A DNA stretch of 64,000 bases from Lingula anatina (lineage: Eukaryota; Animalia; Brachiopoda), in NCBI GenBank assembly GCA_051362555.1, contig CM120648.1:13450587-13514586 (forward strand). The letters are read 5' to 3'. Every line of letters starts with the position of its first letter. Positions within the stretch are counted from its first letter, which is position 1. Shown here one piece after another: positions 25,845 to 36,183 of this stretch. A model generated the notes under the pieces. That model worked only from the letters and a program-made list of their open reading frames with translations. It did not search any database and was not told the origin of the DNA. A program made the position numbers and the translations under genes.

Positions 25845-26145
25845 CATGTCAGTGCATCGGAGGCCGTTTGCAATATACACATAGTTAGGAAGAGCACATT
25901 CCTGAGAACAGGTACAAGCCTGAGTTACCGTCTGACCATCCATCCAGTCAATAATTAGCCTTTGCTGGGAATTTCGTCCGTTAATTTCTATCCTCTGCCA
26001 AATGGACTCAGAATCTCTGGGTCATTTTCCAGACATCTCTTCTTTATTGCTGCTTGATAGTTGGCATGCTGTGCGTGTTTAACCAAGCAGCCTTTGCATG
26101 ATAGCAGTTGGCTTTCTATCTCACCTTGTTTAGCACAAAATGTCC
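25845..26145 (-). mobile_element. Academ transposase C-terminal fragment
   Basis: FCAKQGEIESQLL.CKGCLVKHAQHANYQAAI.KRCLENDPEI.SP.GRG followed by IDWMDG and a Cys-rich tail. This matches the Academ LPP....L..H..RANYQA.IW...P.GW pattern. Confidence 0.8.
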
Positions 26146-26224
26146 AAGGATTTGTTTTGTCTCTCTGTTTAAAATCTGAGCGTAGGTTTTTTAATTTAGA
26201 GGGCCACAAAAAGAATCTATCTCC

Positions 26225-26700
26225 TCAGTCTTCCTTGTGACTGGGGATGGTACAGCCTGCTGATAATTTATGATAATGTCTGATATTTAGATTTTCTAGA
26301 AGCCATTCCACTTTTCCTTTGAATTCGTGTCCTTGGTAAGACTTGACAATGGCAGGATTACCAAACCCACGGAAGAGTCTTGAGATAATTAGGGAAATAG
26401 GCTTACTGTGTTTTGACAAACCTCGATATAGTTTGTTAATATTGTTAATCAGTTTTCTCGCCCCAAGCCTTTCGCAGATTTATAAGATTTCTTAATAATT
26501 TGCACCATGTCCTTTGGTCATATCACCTCTTTGTTTTCAAATAATGACCTGGCTTCTTTAACGGTGAACTTCTCTTTGTTCCCCAAAAAATTGGTAGTAT
26601 ACTCTCTTCTCATGAATGTTTGTTTCCCAATTTTTTCTTGTGAAAAGTCCCTTCCACCTCTTGTATGTCTCTTCATCTTTATTCATGTTAACTCTTTGGA
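26225..26700 (-). mobile_element. Ginger2/KRBA2-like integrase fragments
   Basis: KSYKSAKGLGARKL and K.S..ISL..SRLFRGFGNPAIVKSYQGHEFKGKV..LLENLNIR, a decayed FG.P...QSDQG.EFKG motif. Confidence 0.7.
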
Positions 26701-26974
26701 AGGTGTAGTTGTAGATGAAACAGTGTTAAAATTGCATACACAGTTAACTACAAGATTCAAGTTTTCAATCGTGTCTACATATCATCAAAAATATCCACTC
26801 TGTCCTGGCACTGCATGAACTGGCCATGTATGTTATGAAGCTCTTACTATGTATGCATGGATGATATTAATAAACCTGTAAAATCTGACATGTATACTGT
26901 TATTTAAGTCTTTAGAGATTCAGCACATATGAATATGATATAATGATATTTATTTCTTTAAAACTGCACTACAC

Positions 26975-27545
26975 TTCCGTCTCAGCTTGTGTTAGCTTGT
27001 GGTATTGCCAAGCTAAAAAATTTCTGTATGCAGCATGGCACATGGAGGCATTATCTTCTTCTCCTACGTCCCTGTCATTGTCACGACCCTCGTAATCACC
27101 CCTTATGACCCGATAAATATCCAGATAAAAAGGGTTCAAGATATTGAACTCCATAACCTGAAATAATATTAACAAGACCTCTGACTATTGTACTATGCAT
27201 ACCTATAATATATATATTTATGACCATATATGAAATCAATGTTGAATATAAAAAATGAGTAAATCACATTTTTAAATAACCATTGTAGTGAAGGTGTACC
27301 ACTGTTTGAAGACAATGACTGCTAACTTGTTCCAACACATAGTAACAATGGATAGCTAATTATTTCAATTATTATCATAATGGTATATAAGAGTAAAGGC
27401 TTCTTTGCTGCACAGCAACAATTTGTAATCAGAAATATATACAGGGTCCAGGCTTTTGTAGGTCCCAGGATGCTGGCAGCATTTCTTTTCTGGAGCAGTG
27501 GGCATTTGTCTACACTTCCCACAGACACACCAGTCTATCTGGTCA
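26975..27545 (-). mobile_element. Kolobok accessory gene KolX (P2X7 ballast-like) fragments
   Basis: DWCVCGKCRQMPTAPEKKCCQHP at ~27467-27545 and N.SMCHAAYRNFLAWQYHKL at ~26990-27060. Confidence 0.8.
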
Positions 27546-27569
27546 GAACATTCAACTTACCTAAAAAAA

Positions 27570-27895
27570 AACTTTTATCCAATCCCTCACCAAGGGCCTT
27601 CAACCTGTCATTTGCAGTTTGCAGCAGCACATGTTTCTTTCCCTCTAAATACTTAAGTATTTGCCCATTTCCTGGCACATTGAATTCTTCTCAGTCCTTG
27701 CATCTTTTATGTCAAATTTTAGTTCGTCCTGCATTTTTCTAATTAATCTCATTTCTCTCTCCAAAGCCTATAAATAACAAATCAACATATTCTTCACCAA
27801 ACAAAATTCACACTCAAAAACCTCCTGATTAGTCCTCTTCAATTTCATACTATCGCAAATTACATACCTCCAATTACAAACCACAAACTTTTTCC
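27570..27895 (-). mobile_element. Second, diverged Tx1/L1-like C-terminal fragment homologous to 13900-14310
   Basis: FVVCNWRYVICDSMKLKR...FECEFCLVK...LEREMRLIRKMQDELKFDIKDARTEKNSMC. Confidence 0.5.
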
Positions 27896-28340
27896 GTCTC
27901 GTCTGTTACGGGGGGTTGTGGATGTGAGGGGCCTTGTCCACTCTTGTCAACAATTTGGCTCTCTACATCCATAGCCAAGGCTGGACTTCTATCACAGCAG
28001 TCTAATACAATTTCTTCTAAGACATCTCTGGACAAGGATGACATCAAGTTCTATTAAAAACAAAAACCAAAACATAAAACAGTGTTTTAATATGTTAATT
28101 TTTTTGTTTCAATTGAATGAAATGAATTTATACCTTGTGAAGTTATATACCAACTTTCAATTGCTGTCTTTTTTGTTCTTTTATATGGAGAGCTTCTTGC
28201 TGAGAGAGAGCTTTAGGGAGATGGCTGCCGAAAGTTCTCTTCCTTTTGCAGTATACTGTCCTCTTCCTCTCCCTGGGGCCGTGGCAGTTTCTCTGCGTAT
28301 GGAGGAGCTTGGCACCAGTTCTGTTCTACCACCTCCTCGT

Positions 28341-28900
28341 CCTCTTTTTGAAGGTTTTCCTCTTTTGGCTATGGAGCGTCTTACTGGGTTTGCACTTGAG
28401 GTACTATATTGAAAATAGAAATAAAGGGGAAAAAAACTTGATACAATCATAAGAAGTCTATATTTGTAATCAAAAATAGTTTTCTTTAACCAAAACTTGA
28501 GAGTATGATCACTTATTTACCTGCTTGTGATTTAGAAGTAGTAAGCCTTATTATGGCACAAAATAATTAGTACCACCAGCATGTAAGCTGGCGGTACTCA
28601 TGGTCTTAGTCCCGACCTGTTAGTCTCTTCCTCTTTTTGGAGGTCTTCCTCTTTTAGCTATGGTGCGTCTCACTGGGTTTACACTTGAGGTACTAAATAG
28701 AAATAAAGAAAAAAACTTGATACAATCATAACAACACTATATTCGTAATCAAAAAAACATTTTCTTTAACCAAAACTTGAGGGTATGATCACTACTTATT
28801 TACCAGCTTGTGATTTAGAAGTAGTAAGCCTTATTATGGCACAAAATAATTAGTACCACCAGCATGTAAGCTGGTGGTACTCATGGTCTTAGTCCCGACC
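28341..28900. repeat. Tandem duplication (~280 bp x2), each copy ending in a HINE-type hairpin
   Basis: 28341-28617 versus 28630-28900, with hairpin agtaccaccagc-atgtaa-gctggtggtact. Confidence 0.85.
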
Positions 28901-29024
28901 CGTCTCGTACAGCTCCGCTGGCTCCTGCGGCTCTTGAGGCCAAGTATAAGCGTGTACTGTATAAGTGCAACAGCGCATATCTAAAAGAGAGCTCCGGATT
29001 CAGTGCTGCAAATTTTGACAAAAG

Positions 29025-29195
29025 TGAAGCTTCAGTGATTTGTCCCAGTGCTGTCAAGGTTTGTGAACCAGGTTCCAACCATTTCTTTTTCCTCCCTGCA
29101 TCAGGAGGTAATGTCCATGTATTTTTAGCTATCTCTAGATATCCAATGGTGTTCATTCTGAATATGGTGCATTGCACCCATCCACTTTGAATAAA
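29025..29195 (-). mobile_element. Kolobok transposase C-terminal fragment
   Basis: KWMGAMHHIQNEHHW followed, across a frameshift, by RKKKWLEPGSQTLTALGQI. Confidence 0.75.
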
Positions 29196-29589
29196 AAGGC
29201 TGTGTAGTTATCAAACACTTACTCTGATTCTGATTTCGACTCTATGTCCCTCAGCTTAATTGGAGGCAGTGGCTTTGAACTTGCTGTAGGAGTACTGGTA
29301 GATGTCTGGCATTAGGGGTCCATGTTCACATCGAACCTACCCGTACCCATCCCCAGACATCCACTGGTGGTCATTCTGGAGCATGGGGCATGCCCCCTCC
29401 CCCAACTTCAACTGAATGTAGTTTATAATTCTTAATGTGTTAAAAGTTTTTTCAGATAATAATCTCTTAAAGTATATTTTAAGTTTGAACTTAGTTATTT
29501 GAAATTTCCTTTTTTTAACATACTAACAAAAATATAGTAAGTGAGAACTTTGTCACTTTGTCTCTGATTTATAAGCAAAAATCCTGGTC

Positions 29590-29785
29590 TGTAACATCTG
29601 AAAATGTTTCTGTTCTTCTTTGCCCTCCAACGTTTGACAACAGGACAAAAGTTGAAGTCCCTTAAAGGTGGCCCTTCTATCATCACTGTGATCAATTCTG
29701 AACAATGTTCAGGTGAGAGACGGTTTCTGAGAGGTGTTGTGAGATGGTTCTGAGCAGAAAAAGCCCTCTCACAATCACTGTTTTG
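29590..29785 (-). mobile_element. hAT (ZNF862-like) C-terminal dimerisation domain fragment
   Basis: SDCERAFSAQNHLTTPLRNRLSPEHCSELITVMIEGPPLRDFNF..VVKRW..KKNR.I. Confidence 0.88.
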
Positions 29786-30874
29786 TGTTTACATCAAATT
29801 TGCAGTGGCGTGGTTACGTAAGAAGGATTTGCTTTTTTTTACAAATTTTTATGTATAGTTCTATAAATATTGAAAGATTCCTATTATATAACTAACTTAA
29901 ATGGTAAAATTGGTGACTTTGTGAATCAACTTAAGGCTGGACCCATCATTATATATTCATATTCATATATTATGTATTATATTTGAAAATTTTCATTACT
30001 GTCACAGAAACAAATCTCTTAAAGTCTATTGTTGCATTATGTTTTATGTTTTGTGTCTGTATATTTTGCCAGCTTTGCTGTCTAGTCTTGTGTTAGAGCT
30101 CATCTTATGGTTAGACCAAAGATAATATAGTAAAAGATGTCTGTAGGAATTTTGTAAAAGTAATATGCAGAAAATCATTTCTTTAGAATAAAGATTTTGT
30201 CACAAGTGTATTGAAGCTTTATGCTAGTATGTACACTGCTGTAGCAGTTGTAGTCTTTATATTTTAGTCTTTATAAAAGATGAGTATTTATTTCTGTCCC
30301 TTACTTTGTTATTTTTCTTTTACATTTTTTAAGTGCAATAGAATTAAAAGACAAGGCATTTTCTTATATTAAATATCCAGACATATTTATTGAGCTTGCC
30401 CAAAGTAGTGCTAAACAAATACTAGATAAACAAAGAATGATGACTGTTGTTAATGTCTGTTAGTAGTACCTATTGAATTTCCACTGGGTAATTCTGGAAT
30501 TGTGTTGAATCAAAGAATGTTTAGTTATTTAACTAAGCTCATTAGTGTGGAATTTTATTTAAGAGAAAGTGGGTCAAAGTTGAGTAGAGGCATAGATTAA
30601 GAGAGGTAAAAAAGCGAAATTAAGGACTAAGAAAACTTCAGACTCCTGTAGCTGTTGTTATATTTTCTCTCTCATGCCTCAGTGACATCATACAGTGCCT
30701 GGGTAGGGTGCTACACCTGCATGAAAAAACTGATGAAGGATACTTGATAAGTAAATATATTCTGATTTTTTGCCACTAGAGAGTTATTTTCACGCCAACT
30801 GTCATATTTAAGATATTTCATTTACACACATAACCCCATCCAGGTAATATGATGTGACTATGTTATTCATCAGT

Positions 30875-31103
30875 GCAGTGGGGATCATAGTTGGGTGTGT
30901 GTGTGTAGTCTCACATGGAAATCACTGAACACACTGTGGACATGATATACAGTGATGATCATAGTTGTATATGTGTCTGTAGTCTCATATGGAAATCACT
31001 GAACACACTGTGGACATGATATACAGTGATGATCATAGTTTTATATGTGTCTGTAGTCTCATATGGAAGTCACTGAACACTGTGGACATGATATACAGTG
31101 ATG
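30875..31103 (+). repeat. 74-bp tandem repeat, ~3 copies
   Basis: Unit gtagtctcatatggaaatcactgaacacactgtggacatgatatacagtgatgatcatagttgtatatgtgtct, starting at 30905, 30979 and 31053. Confidence 0.95.
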
Positions 31104-31547
31104 AGAGAGAGAACATTTTAAAAGTGGCTAACTAGACTCTTTGCAGTGAATTTTAATATTTTGTTTCCTTATGAAATATGTACAAAGTCCATATAAATTT
31201 ACATGGGGAATTTTTAATGCACAAATGTAAATAAAAAGCACTGTGCAAATGTTTATGAATACAGTTTCCAAAATTCTTTGGAAATTAAATTGAAAGTCTT
31301 CAATGTAGTTTTGTTATTATTTGTCATATTTGTATTATTTTAGGTAATTTTATGATTTTATCAACTATATTCATAACTTTCAAATTTAATGCATTTCTTG
31401 AAAATGTATTTGACCTTTGTTTCTCTTAAGAATTATCATTTCAACATTATAATGTATCAACCAACTTTAAATTATGAATAAATATTAAATATTATTATTA
31501 TTATTACTTGTTGTTTTATATGACTGTGGAAAAATATTTAGGTCTAA

Positions 31548-31761
31548 GAGCTCAATCCCAATGAAACAACTATCTGTCTAGGTAGATCAAATTCAGGGTG
31601 ACTCTTGCTGAATGCAATCAGATAAAGAGATTAACACACCACCCCCTGGCTTTGAGTAGAAAACAGAAAATTAATTTTGGTCATTATACAAGTGTGTTAT
31701 AAATAGAAGGAAGCGTGCCAATCTGTTTGCATAGACCAATAGTTTCATTGGGAGTGAGCCC
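31548..31761. mobile_element. Harbinger-like MITE
   Basis: TIR gagctcaatcccaatgaaac / gtttcattgggagtgagccc, flanked by TAA and TAC. Confidence 0.6.
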
Positions 31762-32339
31762 TACATTGAAGTACTTGTAGACGTCAATGACAAAACTGAG
31801 ATGATTAAAAAATTGAATGCTTTTTGTGCCACAACATTTGGAGCAAAATATATTCTAACCATTTTGTATCTCTCAGCAGTGATTAAAAAAAATAAAGAGA
31901 ATAGACAGTAATAGTTTCTAAGTCTAGATCATTCTTTTCTACCAAAAGGGTTTTGTGCAGTTTATCGAACTGGTTTTGAAAATTATAAGATTATATTAAA
32001 AGATAATAAGTGAAGCCAATTGAGAGAAGTACGCCATCCCGTATACGGCATAGCAGGCTATGCTAAAAGCCAAAACACGGCTAACAGGGTGCAGCTAATA
32101 CTGTTGTTCTTATATCCGGACCATAGGCAACCATACCTACTGTACCTACAACTTGACCACCAATTTCGGAAAAAAATCACACCAATGGTCCCCTGTTGAA
32201 ATTAGAATTTTGACTATCTGAATCATATTTCTAAACCATACCAAATGGCCCTCTAAAATACCAAAATTTTCGGGGCCCTTCGCGGGGGGGGGGGGGGCGG
32301 CTTCACATTTGCATTAATTGGCTAAATAAACTCTTACCT

Positions 32340-32560
32340 TAACTTATCTTGGGTTGAACATTTTGATCCCCTTTTGAATCTGGAAGTCGTTATTGATGAA
32401 AATCAAATTAATAGAGGCTGATCTTAATAGACATGAACAAAGCTGTCAACTATTGATAATTCAATATTGATAATTCAAAGAATCTTAATGCCCTATTAAC
32501 ATGTGATGAAATAGGCAGCGCTCTGAAAATTAGAGGAAAGTGCCGGTGTGACAAAACTGA
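32340..32560 (+). mobile_element. Short LINE ORF2 linker remnant
   Basis: WVEHFDPLLN and LNALLTCDEIGSALK..GK resemble the W..HF..LLN and IT..EI..ALK motifs that precede the RT domain. Confidence 0.4.
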
Positions 32561-35188
32561 AGGCCCGTGTAATACAGAATCCACCCGCCCTTTAATCACA
32601 CAGATTTTACTCTCTACACAGATTAATCCTACTCTCTTCCAGGGCCACATATTGATTTTCACTAGATATTAACAGATATGTCTCTCGTTAAATAGATGGC
32701 TAATCTCTGTACTCAGCAAAAATGTCAACCAAGTAAAAGTGGAGGGTAGGGTTTCAGAACTGGAGAAACGGATAATTATATCTGGTTTGCGTCCAGAAAT
32801 ATTAAAAAAAGTCTAGTTTTAAAGCATCTTTCAGGTGTTCGAGTGATAAATTTCACTTTGAGTTCTTTTGTGTCAGTTGTAAGAAGCTGGTAGTCAGGGA
32901 ATGTACAGAGCGGTTCTCTCGCTTGTTACGTATCTTTAAAAGAAAAAAAAACGAAACACTATTTTTCGACAAATCTATTGGGAAGCTTTTGTAAACAAAT
33001 TTCAGGTATTCATTCCAAAATATCAAATCACGAAGTTAGAGGAGAAACCGGAAGAACTTACATAGAAGAGTGAAAATGCAATTAAAGTTATTTTGTTGTA
33101 AAATATTGAAAGACAGCCATTTTCTTAAATATGCATATTTCGATTTAGCTTTAAACTCAAAACCTATATAACCTGAAATCATGAAGCTCTAATTTAAAAA
33201 ATGAATTTGGAGATTTATGGTTTAAACAGAAATCGTATAAAAGTTAACACTTTCCAGGAACGCATTAGCAGCGGCTTTAAACAAAAATGACACTCTGAAC
33301 TTGAGGAGACGTCTGAGCTAAGAACCTTTAATTAATTAAAATGTATTCAAATGGGAAAAAATATCTGGATGATGAAAAAAATAGTGGGTGATGAAAAAAA
33401 ACTTTTTTGCCTTCGCGCCTATAACCTTCACCTTGATACAAGTTGATACACAAACTTGTCTTCACTGGTGTCACAATGAAATCCAGTGAAACAAGCTCCT
33501 CTTTGCCACGCCGCTTATATCCTAGGATCGAGACACTTACATGTATGTAGGCCCCCTACTGCTGCATAAAAATTAAAATGTTAGATATACATGTAAAAAC
33601 CTTAGTCGCCACAATTCTAGTGTTAAATATTCACAGTGCTAGATTAATAGGCGACAGCATGTTTTAATTGGGATGCTTTAATAATAATATCCTCATTCAT
33701 TTGGGATGAAGGTCTCAAAATGGCTTGTTTGTACACGTACAAGAAGCCGATGGTAGATTGCGTTAAGCCACATCGTGTCTTCTCTAACACAATCCCACGA
33801 TAGTGATATTATTATGGAAATCAGGTGAGCATTTTGGTGAGAAGTATTCAGATAGGACCAAGGCCAAAAGGAGGAGGAGGAAGCTTCATATGCCACATCA
33901 CCACAATTTCCACACGTAGACTGAAATTTTGGCACTGAAAACTGATGTAGTTTGTTGTAAGTACTGAATAGATGGTATAAGGCAACATGGACGTTTTATG
34001 TTGACAATAATTTATCTAAAATATTTCCCACTTGAGGTGTAATGGCTCTTGTGCATATTTAATTGACATGAATGCCGAAATGAGCTTGAAATTTTAAATA
34101 ACGTTTTATGCTTCTTTTGCCAGGAGGAAACATTTGCTCATAAAAAGGAAGTGAGAAGATTATTAGAGCCGTCCAAAGGGGTTGGCGCGTTACTCCGTCT
34201 TAAACGAAGCAAGAGTACGTAACAGGTAACTATCGGTACATTGGCAGCTCCCAGTTGGAGCCTTTTTCATCTTACGACAGCGGCTTGTACAAATAAATCC
34301 TGTTTATTAAAATCAACTGACAATAAACGAACGGTTTTTAGAGATCAGGAAAGAAAACGTGTTTGCTTGGCAGTCTACCTCCCTTGACTTCAATTTTATG
34401 ATTTCATTGATTTACATTCAGTCCTTAATATTATCTGAAAAATAAATATATTGGGTTTAAAACAAAAAGTTGGGCTAAACATGCCATCGGTCGAATTGCG
34501 AATTTATTCAAGATGCTAAATTGGAATAAAGCTAGCGCTATATACCAGTATAATCATTCATTTTCCGTAAATAAAAACCAAGTGGTAATAATGATCACAA
34601 TAAAATGCCGAATTTCTATCACACTACACACAAAATGAAAACAAATCTGTGTAATGACCTAAACAAGACAAAACCAAACACTTTCTCCTTCCCGGTGCTC
34701 ATTTTAATTGTTCTTGACTAATGTTTATGTCATCCTACAGAACCGAGATAATTTTAATATTTCTAATCCCGGTCCCCGCATTTACAAAATCCAAAAGTAT
34801 CATTGCGTTCACTTTTTTAGTTCATTTAAAAGTCATCAAACGAGACTGTCAAATGTTTATATTTATAGACTTTTAATTCTGCGAATATATAGAAGTTCAA
34901 TCGCTTCAATCTTACTAACAGTCTGTGTACAGAGCAGCGTGATAGTACGGCGGAATTCTGTTTTATTGTGAAATGCACTATGTAAGCAAATATGCAATCT
35001 CCATCAAAATACTTCTCGTGGAAGAATATGGTTTAGCAAAGATAGATAAATATAAAGATTAGTATGTTGACGTGTAACAGTGTGTACAGGGTATGCAATT
35101 GTAGAGATGTTGTTGTAAAGTGTCATTGTATAGAACGTGTAGGTTCAATATACTGAGTATATATCTCTTGTTATAATATGATCTCTTA

Positions 35189-35445
35189 GGCTTCGTTCAC
35201 ATGCAATGTCTATTTTCTAAATTCTATTTTCTATTCGCGGCATGTGTTGTGATCACCGTCTGTGCCCTGAATATCCCGTGGCGTAATTACTGGCAGCGCG
35301 AGCCAGTTACTATAAGTTACTTTAAGTAACTGGCTCGCGCTGCCAGTAATTACGCGGCGGGATATTCAGGGCACAGACCGTGATCATAAGATAGCGCGAA
35401 TAGAAAATAGAATTTAGAAAATAGACATTGCATGTGAACGAAGCC
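35189..35445. mobile_element. Near-perfect palindromic PIF/Harbinger MITE
   Basis: TTA target duplication. GGCTTCGTTCACATGCAATGTC... / ...GACATTGCATGTGAACGAAGCC, with ~120-bp arms folding around a short loop. Confidence 0.92.
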
Positions 35446-36009
35446 TTAATGCATACCGAGATGGATCGTTGTACAGATTATATGTCACTCTATTAAATCC
35501 TTAGATATTGCTTCCTGCGTGTGAACCTTGTTTAATTTATTTCATTTTTCATTTAATTTCAGTAACTCGTGACAACCGTCTACGATGAAATTGGATGCAC
35601 TCCCAGCAAAAACGTGAGATTCGTATTCGCCAGCGCCCGCACCCATGGCAACGTTGTCTTGCGTATAGTCAACTTGCAGGGTTGACGTTTGATAAGCCTG
35701 AAAATGTAAAGTTTGTTTGGGTTTGTAATATTCTGCATCAAAACATTTATCAAATGAAGTGCAGTTTTTAACCAGTGCTTTATTCATGAAACTTCATAAA
35801 ATGGGCTAAATCTAAGCGTCAGTTGTAGTACAGTACTCTATCCGCACGTTTTTATTGTAATTTATATATTTTGCTCATACCCACCAGTACTCGAACCCGA
35901 AACGACACTTTAGAAGTTATCCAAAAACAAAGTGTCTGCTGTGAAGATAAAATTAATTGTTGTAGAATTATCACTAAGAGATGTCCAGGTAGAACACTGT
36001 GCTAGTACG

Positions 36010-36183
36010 ACCGGTGTCACGAAACTGGGGGTCCGTGTGACAGAAAGGCCGCCCTCCATAAAGTTATAATGGTTAAGGTTAGTTTGACCTATGTGGGTCA
36101 ATATCTAGGGCGACGCTCACCTGTACAAAGTAATGGGAAGAGGACTCCCTGTTATGGGGGACTTTCTGGTATATGACACCGGT
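36010..36183. mobile_element. Small MITE-like element
   Basis: Terminal inverted accggtgtca / tgacaccggt. Confidence 0.45.

Noticed and set aside
10700-29800. A single multi-exon minus-strand protein gene, or one giant autonomous transposon
   Set aside because: The fragments come from unrelated superfamilies, are out of domain order, and carry stops and frameshifts. I saw no enclosing TIRs, Rep/helicase or Helitron termini. A Helitron-cargo origin is disfavoured but not formally excluded.
30875-31103. CRISPR-like array
   Set aside because: The 74-bp units are head-to-tail with no unique spacers, there are no cas genes, and the context is eukaryotic.
35542-35787. 81-aa minus-strand ORF with coding-like composition
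   Set aside because: It has no recognisable motif, no clear splice context and no neighbouring exons.
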